DNA of 64,000 nucleotides, taken from NCBI RefSeq assembly GCF_006345805.1, contig NC_043001.1, positions 6,820,001 through 6,884,000 on the forward strand, given 5' to 3'. Below are positions 11,861 through 25,770 of the stretch, piece after piece (the first letter of the stretch is position 1; every line of letters starts with the position of its first letter). The notes below the pieces were generated by a model. The model ran no database searches, was not told the DNA's origin, and was given only the letters and a program-made list of their open reading frames with translations. This DNA is from Octopus sinensis. Lineage: Eukaryota. The translations under genes and the position numbers were made by a program.

Positions 11861-12459
11861 TCTATGAACATAATCTGTGAAAATAATTTCATTAAAACTT
11901 TAAAAACTTACTAAATATTTTAGGTATGATCCGTAGATAACTTAGGCATGTTTCGGCTAGACTTCAAATCTGGTATGTGTTGTGAGTTATTTCCCTAACA
12001 TTATAACAGTAGTTTTTCATGCAGAGATGCAGATATTTACAATCGTGTTTATGAGCAAAGCTTATATACGACTATTTATGCATGCTTTCATCTTGCCAGC
12101 GATTATGAGAAATGACGCAACGTCGCTAGAATGTTGCAAATGTTACATTTTGTTATGGGACTGAATTTATATTCTGTATATAAAAGAGAATTGTGTTAGA
12201 AACAGGTGGTAATAGTGTCCTTATTCACATCTCCGTCTTCCAACAAACGAACCACGAATTTAATATATCTTCAATTTACATTTTGCCAGACGTTTACCAC
12301 TTGCGATGCAAGTATGGCGTATATTGCTACGTTTTCATATTTGTTGGTGAATCTTCGAATCAAAAACCTTATGCCTCCCCACTCTGGGCTACATGTCCCA
12401 TCATCGTTGGTATTCTTACTGCCATTATCATTGTAACTACTACTACTAGTTCTACTTCT

Positions 12460-12575
12460 GATGATGATGATAATGATGATAACAACGAAAAGAAACAACA
12501 ACAACAATAATAATAACAGCAACAATAACAACAAAATAATAATAATAACAATAATAATAACAACAACAAAAAATG

Positions 12576-12611
<36 letters not shown>

Positions 12612-12670
12612 TAATAATAACAACAACAATAATAACAGCAACAACAACAATAAAAAGAAGAAGAAGAGGA
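12460..12670. repeat. (AAT/AAC)n microsatellite
   Basis: Direct reading of the sequence; it immediately precedes the R4/Dong fragment. Confidence 0.95.
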
Positions 12671-12679
12671 AGCACTAAG

Positions 12680-13391
12680 AATAAACTACATAAAATACAG
12701 AATTGACAACACAGTAGAAAGTGATAAGTGCAGAATCTGTGGAAAAAATGGTGAAACCCTATGGCATAAAACCAGCCTGAAGGAATATAACAGACCTGAA
12801 GGAATATAACAGACGCCACGACAATATACACAGGCTTGTTCATTGGGCACTTTGAAACATGTGAACAAATATGAACTTGACAGTGCAAAAACCTGGTACA
12901 ACAACAAACACGAAGGCATCATCAAAGATAAAAATGCAAAGATCCTATGGGATTTTATGATTCAGTGCGACCATGAGATAGAGAATAGGAAGCTGGACAT
13001 AGTCTTAATGGAGAAAGAAAACAAACTATGCTGGATCATAGATATAGCATGCCCAGCTGACAAGGTATGCGATAAGGAAGGAAGGAAAAGTCGAGAGATA
13101 TGACAGGTTAGCTTGGGAAGTTAAGCTGTTGTGGTCGATGAGAAAGGTAGCAGTAGTACCAATAATTGTCGGAGTCCTGGGAAATGTGTGCAAAAATCTC
13201 GAGAAGTACGTGGAACAAATAGGGGCTGCAATAAGGGTGGAGCACTTGCAGAAAACAGCACTTCTTGGAACCGCTCGAATACTACAGTAGGTGCTCGAAA
13301 ATTAAGAGGTGTTACCTTAGTTCACTGGTAGTGAACAGATGACACTGTAGTACATCTCCTGCGTTAGAAGCTGTGCAAAGATAATAATAAC

Positions 13392-13454
<63 letters not shown>

Positions 13455-13486
13455 AATAATAATAATAATAATGATAATAATAATGG
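12680..13486 (+). mobile_element. R4/Dong-type LINE 3' fragment with (AAT)n tail
   Basis: KCRICGKNGETLWH, RRHD, KILWDFMIQCDHEIENRKLDIV, WIIDIACP, VVPIIVGVLG and LQKTALLGTARIL. Tail at 13381-13486. A 19-bp tandem duplication at about 12777-12814 disrupts the zinc knuckle. Confidence 0.9.
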
Positions 13487-13865
13487 TGATCTCATTTTAA
13501 ATTTGGTTGCGTGCCTGCATAAGTTCATCAACTCACTTCTTTGATTCAAAGAATTATTGTCTTTGAATAAAATATAAAGTTTTTCTGACAGGCAAAGATT
13601 GCATTTAAAATTATTCATGTGTGCTCCATGCCTGTATGGTGCCGCTCTGTCCAGAATGCTCCATGTCATGTTGAAAGATGGGGTTTCCTTTTCTTTTAGT
13701 TCCCAGACATATTTTGCTAGGCTGGTCCTCTTCCTATTTTCTGGGTATCTAAATGAATTTTTATGCGAATAAAATCGCGTTTTAAACGAATTTTTTGAAG
13801 CCCCTGTATATGTCTTGTATTCCGATGAGCCTTTTATTTGTACCTTGGCTCTATAAATTACTGAT
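13487..13865 (-). mobile_element. GIY-YIG endonuclease fragment of a second PLE clade (possibly Hydra-like)
   Basis: VIYRAKV..KTYTGASKNSFKTRFYSHKNSF..TSLAKYVWELK..W.IL..A.PY..CNLCLSEKLYIL..LNQRSELMNLCRH. It lacks the CxxC that follows IY in the Neptune copy. Confidence 0.8.
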
Positions 13866-14330
13866 GAACTTATGCAGACACGCAAACAAATTTAAAATAT
13901 CAAACATAAATATACCATATGGATAGAGTATATATTTTGTCTTTTTGTATTTTTGATTTTTGAAATTTTGATTTTGATTCTTGGACTAGTATGTAAACGC
14001 AACGATGGATTTGTTTCCCGCTATGCAGATTTCATTCCGTATAGCAAAGTCTCATGCATATATTTTGTTTATTTTGTTTATATTTCTACATATTCCTTAG
14101 GAAAAACCTTCGGCTTAGTTTATTTCATGTTATTATATTGTATATGCTTACTTTGATTTTTAATTTATAGATGATCCGAAATAGGGTGTTATATTTTACA
14201 TGTCTTTCGTATAATATTCATTATTACGCTAACTATTTTTTTAAAAGCAATGTTGTCAAAAATTAGAATTTCGATGTAAATATGGTTATAGCCACGAATA
14301 TGTATTTGTAAGCATGCGTCTCTGTGTATG
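13862..14330 (+). mobile_element. Inverted pseudo-LTR of the same PLE
   Basis: 13862-13898 is a 35/37-nt inverted copy of 13494-13530 (the ORF end, LCRHANKFK) and continues into AT-rich UTR-like sequence. Right boundary uncertain. Confidence 0.65.
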
Positions 14331-15042
14331 TGTACGCGAGCGTATGTTTGTGCTTAAGCACACACATACACGACTGTATGTGTATATATCCACTTGAACT
14401 TGTGTGTTTGTATACTTGTCTCTATATATATGTCAAGAACGTGGTTACACAGCTTGTATACATAATTTTTCTTATTTCGTTTTTCCCTACCCCTCCTTTT
14501 CTTTTTTTCTTCCTCCTTCTTCCTTTCTTTCGTTTTTTTCTCTAACTATACGTCCCCCCTCACTTAAGCTTTGCTTCGTAAATAAGAAATCTACGTTAAC
14601 ATCTATGATTTTAGCTTGCGTGCGAACTAGATTGCGTATACATATGTATACATGCATTTGTGTGTATATTTTAGCTTTATATTTATACGTCTGTATATGT
14701 ATGGCGTTTGCACGCATCTTTCTGTGTATGTTGATATATATATGTATACTTTACCAGGAATATGTATTGCAGTGTAATATTTTTAATGCATTTTAATTAC
14801 CATGTATTAATTATATTTCCTTCATTAAGGTCAATATGTATTTTATTCAATGTAAGGTTTTTCCTCGAATTTTATAATATTTATAATTTTTATGTACATA
14901 CGTATATATATTTTTGAGCTCATTTTTGTTTTTCGCTCGAAGATTGACCGTTATTTCTAAAGGGCCAATCAAACAAGTCCATTTTTTAAAGGTGTAGCGC
15001 TTGTATAGTCTGGATAGAATTGACATATTGGTTCCATTCTAG

Positions 15043-15092
15043 CAAAAACTGTCCGATGAACGGCAACAGGAAACTCAGAGTAACAGGTTTTG
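15043..15092 (+). ncRNA. Hammerhead-like motif (CCGATGA core) just before (AT)n
   Basis: aaaaactgt-CCGATGA-acggcaacag-GAA-ACTCaGAGT-A-acag: stems I and III pair, stem II is decayed. Same family as 43908-44054. Confidence 0.5.
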
Positions 15093-15119
15093 TTGAATTT
15101 TCTGCTGCTTTAAATAAAG

Positions 15120-15291
<172 letters not shown>

Positions 15292-15292
15292 C

Positions 15293-15341
<49 letters not shown>

Positions 15342-15729
15342 ACGGAAGGAAAACATGAAGAAACCATGACAAGTAGAAAATTCGTAGCTGATCCTTTATC
15401 ATTCAACGTCCAAAGGATCATAACGGTTTCGCAGCGTTCACTCTGTTTCGCACCAGTTGCAAAATGCTACTCGGAATAGCGAACGTACAAGACAATGACG
15501 AAAACGCACCCGATAAACTAAAGTAGCTATAATAATTTTACCTCCAGAACGAGAAAAGGTCGTGGGTCTACCAGACAGAAGACATGGGTAATGTAAAGGA
15601 AAAGGAACATGCCCTAAAGTACTGGAGACAAAAGAATGGCAGAGAGAAGGAAGATATAAACAAACTGTGTAGGAAAACAGTGAAGGAGCACCAAGAACCG
15701 TGACTCACCTGGTAGACGGCAAAGCGGAA

Positions 15730-15935
15730 AAGGAATCTCTCTCTCTATCCGCTCAGTCGAAGTCGACTCTCGGTCACTCGTTGAATCAGTGTCCTCCACT
15801 CAGTTCTCTCCTAGGCCGCTTCCTTCAGATTGGCCATGTCTATTCCGGTATCACTCCTGATGGTGTCAAGCCAGCGGGTTTTTGGTCGGCCTCTTCCTCT
15901 CTTGCCACTGACCATTCCGAGCATGATGTCCTTAT
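15730..15935 (-). mobile_element. RTE-clade LINE 3' end
   Basis: KDIMLGMVSGKRGRGRPKTRWLDTIRSDTGIDMANLKEAA*ERTEWRTLIQRVTESRLRLSG*, followed by an (AG)n tail. Confidence 0.85.
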
Positions 15936-15979
15936 ATTTGCATTTACACAGCATGGTGTGTACCTATGTATTTCTACGC

Positions 15980-16215
15980 ATATAAGAGGTGTTATCAAAT
16001 GGTTCCTGGGCTATTTAGGTTTAATAGAAATAAATCATTTGCATAAGCTTTAACAACATCTCCTTCGAATTAGTCACCTGCGCAGCAATTCACCGGTGAC
16101 AGCGTCCGTGCCACTTCCAGAATCCGGACTGGAAGTCGTTTACCGTAGACGAGTCCGGGATCTTCTTACATTCCTGCTGTATCTCGACAGTGGTGCTAAA
16201 ATGACGACCTTTCAT
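15980..16215 (-). mobile_element. mariner transposon 3' remnant
   Basis: KGRHFST.VEIQQECKKIPDS.TVNDFQSGFWKW.GRC.R*IAAQ(G)D*FEGD matches the mariner C-terminus. A TIR-like end lies next to TA at about 15980. Confidence 0.7.
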
Positions 16216-16521
16216 TGGTACTTTATTCAATCAATTACAAATGGGTTAATGACACAAGTCTACCTCGGTGGTACTTGAACTCAGACCGTAAAGGACATGA
16301 AGCGCTGCTAATCATTTTCTCCGACCCATTAAGCATTCTCCTAGATTGCCTTCTTCAATTTACATTTGTAATGTCTTCAAATCTTGGTAGAAGTCCAGCA
16401 AACACGTGAGAAAGGTAAGTCGTTTATATCAACCACAGTGCTCAGCTGGTACTTATTGTATCACTTCTTATATGAAGAAAGTCGACCCAGTATGTACGTG
16501 TTCTAACTTGGCACACAGCAA

Positions 16522-16557
<36 letters not shown>

Positions 16558-17404
16558 GTGTGTGTGCGTGTGTGTGTGTGTGTGTGTGTTTACTTCTAAA
16601 TGTAAATATTAAAGTACACGCCTTTGTCGTTTCCTGCTGCTATAGTTTCGACACACTATATACGAAATCAAAACGGTATTGCGTTTTAGCTATTATGAGA
16701 TACGAATGAAAGTTGATGTTAAATATATGAATTTCTAGCATAGCGAAGTATTGACACAGTTCTGCGAGGTTTATGATGTGATACTGTAATATAAAATGAT
16801 CAAATATCTTCGAATATGATGAGTGATACCCTGATCAAAGGACTAGTGATGAAAGGACATGGCGTCTCTCCTTCATTCCAAGCGAATTGGTTTGTGTTTT
16901 ATGAACAGGATACGTGGGTGGTAGAAGCTAATATGAATATCAAAAGTTTAGTAACCATTGTTAACACCCACAGAGGCTTGTTTATCAGAATACCAGAACA
17001 GACGCCTGAGTCAATGTGTCACCAAATCAAATTTCTATTTCGCGTGATGGAAATAAAGTTGGCCGCATGTAGGATTGAATCACAGGAAGTAGAATGTAGA
17101 TTTTAGCCAAACTCTTACAATATATTTTAATGGAAACAGATGCTAGAAGTATGAAATATATACATAAATCACGGAAGCGTACGAGTTTTATCACATCAAT
17201 TAAATCACATAAGCAAAGAGTGAAAAACCGTTTGTCTGTTTATATATATGTATGTATATAATATATATACATGTATGTGTGTGTGTGTTTGTGTGTGTGT
17301 GTATGTGTGCGTGTATATATATATATATTATATATATATATATATATAATATATATTTATATATGTATATGTATGTATATATGTACACATATATATGTAT
17401 GTAC

Positions 17405-17458
<54 letters not shown>

Positions 17459-17825
17459 GAAATATTAAAATTACTAAGTGTCTCTAAAAGAGATTACGGC
17501 AGCGTTACTGGAAATTAATTGTTATCGCCATATTAATATGGCAGTCTTATAGATATAAGACTAAAGGCTGTCGCTGATTATCTCCATGAGGCCATCGCCT
17601 TAAGATAGCTATTTGACACACAAACTGTGTCCATTATAACCTTCGAACAAGGGAGGTCAGCCGCTTCACACTGCTAGTCAGACAGCTACAGACGCGTTTA
17701 AGGGTATTTGCCCTTTGTCAATGTAGATATATATGTATGTATGTATATATATGTATATATATATATGCATGTATCTATATATGTCTATGCATATATATAT
17801 GTCTATGCATATATATATATGTCTA

Positions 17826-17867
<42 letters not shown>

Positions 17868-17894
17868 TATATATAAATTATGTATGCATAAATT

Positions 17895-18105
17895 GTGTGT
17901 GTGTCACAAACGGTTCGGATATTTGTACGTCGCCCGTAAGTCTGGAGAAAAGAGACGGATGGAATACCTACTGGGCTTCCGAGATAAATAAAAATATATA
18001 CTTTATTGATAATTGGATGAATCCATTCAACAAAATAATTCTTTTAAGACAGTCCCCCAGCATGTCCGCGGTCTGCTGGCTGAAACAAGGCAAAGGCAAA
18101 ACAGA
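17895..18105 (+). mobile_element. SINE family A, decayed 3' half
   Basis: Tail CAGTCCCCAGCATGTCCGCGGTCTGCTGGCTGAAACAAG aligns to the family A tail. Confidence 0.55.
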
Positions 18106-18427
18106 ATAGGAAATAATTCTCTCATTTGAATCCATATTTTCTTTGCTGCTATGCAACGAAATTACTACTCCAATTTAGTAATGCTTTCAGGCCAATATTT
18201 CCGCTGAATTATTCATGAAGTTCGTTGTTAATGAGCTCTTCAAATTTACATTACGATTATGATAACCCAATAACTGGAAGATTATTTCTGCTATTTTAAC
18301 ACATTTTTTATTTGGTGGAATAGATTCTGCACAGTGCATACTGGAGCGAATTGCAATTAGGTCAGATGAATTATATTGATCTATATACAATCGTTGTATA
18401 TATATGTAAGTACGTATATAGAATATA

Positions 18428-18832
18428 ACTTAGAAAGGTTTTTGGCCAGTATTGGCCCAGGCCATGTCTAACTTAATAGCACCACCTGGCGAAGTCTTTC
18501 AGTTCAGGATTTGGGCACCAAGGCCCATTCGAGCAGAGAGTTATTGTTTGCAGAGACATATCCGGGTGTGGGTGGTTTGTCCGGTACTGTTTGAAGGAAT
18601 TTGTCCAAAGACTTCTTGAATTTTGTGTGGTCAGTTTCTTTTTTGACCTGGTGTAATGTTGAAGAGAGCGGGTCCAATTGAGGTGAAATAGTTGTGCCGT
18701 ATTGTCGTTATGTGATGCGATTTAGATTTTTGTTGTGGACGGATGGCACGTGGTCCAAGCCTTGGATGCATTTTGAAGGTGATGCCAACATCATTCGGAC
18801 AGTGCTGATGGAATATTTTCACATCATACAGA
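18428..18832 (-). mobile_element. CR1/L2-type LINE 3' end (related subfamily)
   Basis: ORF 18631-18822 (HPRLGPRAIRP..IRHNYFTSIGPALFN). The 3' UTR shares GGTGGTGCTATTAAGTTAGACATGGCCTGG with the 1060 and 19716 copies. Confidence 0.8.
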
Positions 18833-19026
18833 TAATGTAGCGTTCACGGCGTCGTTGGAGTGAATACAATTTCAGCTTCTCTAGTCTACCCCAGTAGTCA
18901 AGGTCTAACATGCCATCTATCTTTTTTGTGATTGAGCTTTGGGGAGCTTCAATTCTCATAATATTTTCTCATAATAATATATATGCATGTATATATATGT
19001 ATATGTATATATATGTGTATGTGTCT

Positions 19027-19094
<68 letters not shown>

Positions 19095-19164
19095 ATATAT
19101 ATTCGCATGTATATACATACATATATATATATTTATATGCAGAGAGATGAGAGAGAGAGATAGG

Positions 19165-19197
<33 letters not shown>

Positions 19198-19265
19198 GAA
19201 CAACTTGTTTTTACATTTCTGAGCGAGAGATATACAATACCAGCACGGGATAGTAATGTCTCTAT

Positions 19266-19442
19266 ACGATGTTACTGTTGTTTTAGCCCCAGGAAAACAT
19301 ATTTTCCAGCCGGCTATCGACACATTGTTTGTGTCCGTATAGCATTTGCAAGGGAATCCCCATTTCCATACGGAAACAAACCGCGTGCCAATAGGCAACA
19401 GGAAAGGCTGTTTTCCTGGGGCTAAAACAACAGCAACATCGT
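19266..19442. mobile_element. Fold-back/MITE-like element with 34-bp inverted repeats
   Basis: ACGATGTTACTGTTGTTTTAGCCCCAGGAAAACA (19266-19299) pairs with 19409-19442 with one mismatch. Confidence 0.6.
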
Positions 19443-19679
19443 TCTATATAGGACTACTACATTCTTATGGCATCTTAACATTGCTTTATATATATATACA
19501 TACATACACCTGAGTTTAAATTCAGGTGCATAAATAACTCAGTTCACGTTGCCCTGTGATCGCGAAACCTTCCAGACCGAATGAATGTTGGCCTACTGGT
19601 TTGGTCAGCGGGGTGGCAACTTTGGAAATCTAGGACAATTCTAGAAGCATACCACGTGTTGACTAACGAAACTCTGCGA

Positions 19680-19715
<36 letters not shown>

Positions 19716-19717
<2 letters not shown>

Positions 19718-20115
19718 TAGATAAACTTAGATATGTTTCGACCAAAGATTGGTCCAGGCCATGTCTAACTTAATAGCACCATCTGATAGGATTTTTCGAA
19801 TCCTGTTTAAGTCAAGTTTTGTTTGAGTCAAGTTTTGTTCAAGTAGTGAGTTCTTGTTGGGTGAGTTGTATCCAGTTTTGTTCAAGTAGTGAGTTCTTGT
19901 TGGGTGAGTAGTATCCAATTATGGGTGGCTTATCTGGTATTCTTTGAAGGAATCTATCCAGACTCTGTTTAAAGTTGATGGGATCCTTTTCCTCTTTGAT
20001 CTCCCTCGGGACAATGTTAAATAGGGCAGGGCCTATTGAGGAAAAGAAATTATGTTGCAGTGTACATGTATGTTGTGATCTTGAATTGGGCAGGGGACGT
20101 ATAGCCCGTGGTCCA
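19716..20115 (-). mobile_element. CR1/L2-type LINE 3' end
   Basis: Reverse-complement homolog of 1060-1333 with the same tail. It has an internal 36-bp tandem duplication (19831-19866 and 19874-19909). Confidence 0.85.
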
Positions 20116-20280
20116 TATATGTGTGCGTGTGTGTATGCGTATATAGGTAAAGAGATAGATAGAGTGAAGGATAAATATATATGAACATGCGTTAAATATA
20201 TATTATTTCATATAATAGAAATATGTATAATGTATATATGCATGTGTTTATGTTTTTGTTTTATAAAAATTCCTTGTGTA

Positions 20281-20320
<40 letters not shown>

Positions 20321-21062
20321 TTATATATATATATATAATATATATATTATATATATATATATATGTATATACATATATGTATATATATATATATACATAT
20401 ATTATATATATGTACATACATACGTACATACATTTATATACATACATACATATATATATATGTATGTGTGTGTGTGTGTGCGTGTGTGTATGCATGCATG
20501 AATCTATGTATATATTATTTCAATGTGCATGTAACTGGTTTCAAGAAGATATCCATAATTCCATCTCCTTCGATAAATCTTGCAATGTTTGATTCAATTA
20601 ACAATCGATCTACTTGCCAATGGTCAATATGTCTAATTCTGGAACTAATTAAAGCGATTCACGTTGATATCAAACATATCATCTCTAATGTCTTCCTACA
20701 TTAACTCAATTCACTCGTTTAATTGCATTTTCATTTTTCAAAGCAGAGTAATGTGCTTCTTGCAACAAAAAAATTAATAAAAAATGCAAAAGAAAATGTA
20801 ATTTTCTAGTATCTTATATTCCTCAAGGATATATCAAGTTGCATCAATAATTAAGATACGCGATTTTAGTTTCATGTCTTTAAAATCTACAAAAAAATAT
20901 TTTCAAAATTCAAGATGGAAAAAATAACGTCAAAAAAAAAAAATAGAATCACAGAAATCCATTTCTCGAAAAGTTCGTCCAGTCCTTTTAATTCTGTTGA
21001 TAGGCAGGCCGCAGCTAATTCGTGTTTGTCTCAAATGATATGTGAAAGTATTTTGGTGCGTT

Positions 21063-21063
<1 letters not shown>

Positions 21064-21099
<36 letters not shown>

Positions 21100-21100
21100 A

Positions 21101-21190
<90 letters not shown>
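21064..21190. repeat. (TATC)n microsatellite, followed by degenerate (AT)n to about 21650
   Basis: Direct reading; explains the YLSI/IY poly-ORFs in the track. Confidence 0.95.
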
Positions 21191-21191
<1 letters not shown>

Positions 21192-21419
21192 TTTCCTATC
21201 TATCTATTTATGTTTCTCTATATATATCTTCATATCTATCTACATCTATCTATATCTCTCTCACTCTCTATCTCTCTATATGTCTGTCCCTCTGTCTATA
21301 TACGTATATATCGCTTTATATATATATATATGCATATATATACCTATATATATATTATATATATACATATATATGTATATATATATATATATACATATAT
21401 ATAATATATATATATATAT

Positions 21420-21459
<40 letters not shown>

Positions 21460-21559
21460 TATATATGTATGTATATAATATATATATATAGGTATATATA
21501 TATGCATATATATATATATTTATATGTATATATATATATATACAATCATACACACACAC

Positions 21560-21647
<88 letters not shown>

Positions 21648-23859
21648 TTATGTATATAGTTGCCAAAGTTTCTGTAACCCTTCAGTTTAAGTGGGTTGCT
21701 ACGTAATGAAAATAATATGACATATATTTTATTGACTTCTTTTCAGAACGCGCTTCGTCTTCCAGAAACATTTGACGTCATTCTCATTCCGTTTTGCCAC
21801 GTGGATATTGAGTATCATTGGATGTGTGGTAAACAGTTTACATCCCAACTACATTGTTCACGTGCTGTCCCACTACGTTGCACTTTTGGGAAATGTTTTC
21901 TACTACAGCCTCGGGCCACGTGATATTTTAGGTGTAACGTATTAATAACAATAATCAAAACTAATATTAAAGCGCCGGTGGTTTTCGAATTGTTATCAAG
22001 ACGGATTAAATGGTCAGCATCATTTTGTCTTTATTTACATTCTCATTTCAAATTCTGTCGAGGTTGACTTTGCCTCTCATGGTTTCAAGATCGATAAAAT
22101 AAGAACTAGTTGAGTACTAAGGTCGGTTTCTATCGACTTACCCTACCAAAGAAGTTGCTGGAATTGCGCCAAATTTAGGAGTCATTAATTGATTCTCACA
22201 TTAGAAAGAATTTTATTATTTCCATCTTTACCAAATTTAGGTAATGTTTTCAGTGTTAATCAAAGAAACGCGAAACGCATTATGCGATTCACCATTAAAT
22301 GTCTCATGGCAAACGTTGCATCTATAACAACGATTATAAGCAGCTACGTTTATAGTTCAAACATTTAAACAGATCGCTTACTCGTTTAATCATTCTAAGT
22401 TTTATACTAACGGAAGGGTTATTCTGACTATAATTAAAGAAAATTCATTCTGGAAGCGCTCAAATTATGCTTTGTTTATACTGAAATTATTATTTTAATC
22501 TAAATAGTGTTTATTCAAAATGTTCGTAAAACTGCAGCATACTACACACAACACATTGTAATAGAGAAATGTGAGACATAAATGATAGATTAATCGAATT
22601 TTATTTAATTGAACACTATATTTGAGACTATCATTGGTGACTGCGTATTAGACACACTACTAAACTGTCTGAATTTGAAGTTTTAAATGGATTGAAATCG
22701 TTGCCAACTTTCTCTTATGAAAGAAACAAATCCAATTTAAACTTTCAAGACATAATTAATGTAACATCACCTAGAATATTACATTCAGTAATGGAATGGT
22801 GATAAAGAAACGTTTCTTAGCAGTTATTTTACTACTGAGTTATAATAGGAGATTGGATAGAGGCAGAGAAAATACTGTTAATGGACATGCAGATAATAAT
22901 TATAATTAAGCTGTTACTGGCTTTCAGTATTGTCTTACTAATGATGAAAATTATGTCTAGGTGATGTGAACGGGGTCTCTCTTTCGTTAATAGTATTTGA
23001 TATCGAATACTCATATAATTTTGCTGATGACGTTGATTTCAGCAATGTTGCCCCTATGATCCGAATACTAGCAACGCATATCAGCTTGATGGCTGTGATT
23101 ATATTCTATTTTTTCGATAATATTAATGGGCATCATAACAACAACGAGTATTATGATAATGGAAGTCGTTTTAGCGATGTCAATGATGATAAATGTAATA
23201 TTTTTTTGCCGTGAAGATGATGGTGACGATGATAACGATAATAATGATGAAGAACATCAGGAATGTTACGATAATAAATATCACTACAGTGTTGATGGTG
23301 ACTGCGATGCTGACAATTGCGTTCGTGAGAATAATGTATGCGATGAGAAAGATATGCCTACGACTGTCATGGCGATAATATTTATGCTGATGGTTATCTT
23401 GGAGAATATATTTTCATGATGTGTCACGGCTATAATTTGTGACATCTTTCAATACAATCATGTCTAATATGTGCCATTTTGTGATCTCTTCTCTTTAACC
23501 TTATGAAGAATGCAATCCGAATGATTGGCTCTTCCTTATACCACTGACGCCATCTATATTTAGTTAAATATCATATTTCTTTCATTTATTGCTTATTAAA
23601 TTTTGATCTATTGTTTGGGATTCCTTATTTATTCTGGAGATATTTTGTTTTACAATGTGTATTTTCTTTAAAGAAAACTGTGTGTATGCCGAGTGGCCAT
23701 GTTTCAAAATTCTTTGCATTCCATCTCCCTACGGTCTGTTCATTATGAGCGCAACTCGAGTACAGAGACCATTGTATATTGTGAACCTTTCCCTCAAACG
23801 TCTTGACCGTACTCTAAACGGGAACAATTTAGTTTATTAATATTATTATTATTTCTTTC

Positions 23860-24275
23860 TACCAAAGGTTTTGCTGAAACTCCTAGAGCCATGCATGCGT
23901 AGTGGATTTCTTGCCTGCATCCTATGATACAATGCTATCTGCTCTTTTCAGCTATATTATACCTGATTACCCTAGCAGTGCCAAGGAGGCAAAACTTTTG
24001 TAGCACTTCTGAGCACTCTATTCCGATATTCTTTATATTCCCCTTGGAGGCCTTCTGATACTGTCCTCATGGACCCAAGAAAACCTGGTACCAGTTTCAC
24101 CCCTCTTCGTTTTCCCAAACCGGGCTATTTCGTTCTTATAAGGTTTGTATTTATCTCTTGCTTCTATTGTTAATGAATCTCACAGCACTCGAACTGTTAG
24201 GTCCATTAACTGGTTAGAGTTTCACCTCCACGACGAGGTTTCTATGATTCATTTTATCCCATACTTTATACGATA
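23860..24275 (-). mobile_element. Decayed R4/Dong-type LINE 3' remnant
   Basis: Frameshifted YKVWD, LMDLTV..DSLTIEARDKYKPYKNEIAR and NIGIECSEVLQKFCLLGTARVIR. It lies between short (ATT)n and the 24290-24825 microsatellite. Confidence 0.65.
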
Positions 24276-24289
24276 CGTGTATTGTAAAT

Positions 24290-24757
24290 GAAATTATTAT
24301 CATTAACGTCAACTTCATCCGCACCATCATTAATAGAAGTCGCAGCAGAAGCAGCAGCTGCTGCTGCTGCGGTAACCGTATTAATATTATTATCATTATC
24401 ATTATTATTATTATCATTATTATTATCATTATTATTGTTATTATTATTATTATCATCATCATCATTATTATTATTATTATTATTATTATCATCATCATCA
24501 TCATTATTTTTATTATTATTATTATCATTATCATTACCATTATTATTATATTATCATTATTATTATTATCAATAATATTATTATTATTATTATTATCAAT
24601 ATTATTATTATTATTATTATTATTATCATCATCATTATTATTATTATTATTGTTATTATCATTATTATTATTATTATTAATATTGTTGTTGTTGTTTTTG
24701 TTGTTGTTATTATCGTTATTATTAGTATTAGTAGTAGTTGTAGTAGTAGTAGTAGCC

Positions 24758-24823
<66 letters not shown>

Positions 24824-24825
24824 TC
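24290..24825. repeat. Compound (ATT/ATC/GTT/AGT)n microsatellite
   Basis: Direct reading of the sequence. Confidence 0.95.
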
Positions 24826-25496
24826 GTGCATTCAGACAACATCAGCATTCGTGATTCTGTTGAGTTTTTTTCGTTCTTCAGGTATTCAGTGAATGTAAGT
24901 GAATGTCAAAGGCAAAGCATATAAACACTGCTAAAATCCGGTTTTCATTGAAACTACGTGTCTTAAACGGCTTCAATGACAATCGCAGAAAGTAACATGA
25001 ATATTGATAGTTAATGCATGAGAAACTGAAGTATTGCGAATATTAATCTTGGAACAATAATTTGAACAATAAAAATCACAGATAATTGCAATCAAATCGT
25101 AATTATATTTTAACAATATAGAGTTAATTAATATTCAGTTTTGATGTGATCATCGTACAAATCCTGATCCCTTGACATATTGTGCTATACATCATTATAT
25201 TCACACGTTACATAAACACCATTATTTATCGTTGTTGTATAAGTATCACAAGTGGTTTTTGAAAAAACGTGAATGCACTTCACATAATATCTCACGCTTA
25301 CGAAATTCTAAATTCAATTCCAAACGTGCAAATGAATTCCAATTTGCTTTACAATTTTCCGAAGCAGACATATTATAGAAGAAAATAAGTACTCAGGATA
25401 ACAAAATGGTCCAGCCCTTTCCCTCCAGTATCATCCACATGGGCCTAAATATCAATCAATCGTTACTGTTTCATTTCTTTTCTCTCATGCTTTATA

Positions 25497-25770
25497 TAGG
25501 CGCAGGAGTGGCAGTGTGGTAAGTAGCTTGCTTACCAACCACATGGTTCCGGGTTCTTTCCCCCTGCTTGACACCTTGGGTAAGTGTCTTCTACTATAGC
25601 TTCGGGCCAACCAAAGACTTGTGAGTGGATTTGGTAGACCGAAAATTAAAGAAGCCCGTCGTATATATGTATATATGTGTGTGCCCGTGTTCTCCCCCCA
25701 AACATTGCTTGGCAACCTATTGTGGCGTGTTTACGTCCACGTACCTTAGCTGTTCGGCAAAAGAGACGGA
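25497..25770 (+). mobile_element. SINE family A (3'-truncated)
   Basis: ATAGGCGCAGGAGTGGCAGTGTGGTAAG head and CCTTGGGTAAGTGTCTT core, homologous to 11455-11860. Confidence 0.85.

Noticed and set aside
12193-12436. Hydrophobic ORFs as a membrane-protein exon
   Set aside because: No recognisable motif or convincing splice sites, and the frame runs into a microsatellite.
16816-17106. 96-aa non-repetitive ORF
   Set aside because: No recognisable domain or exon context. ORFs of this size can arise by chance, though a BLAST search would be cheap.
17526-17570. Adjacent palindromes GCCATATTAATATGGC and AGTCTTATA-GA-TATAAGACT
   Set aside because: Short and AT-rich, with no ribozyme core and no second copy in the window.
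21740-21830. Splice-acceptor-like TTGAC..TTTTCAG followed by an open frame
   Set aside because: No convincing donor or protein similarity, and it continues into a decayed SINE A head.
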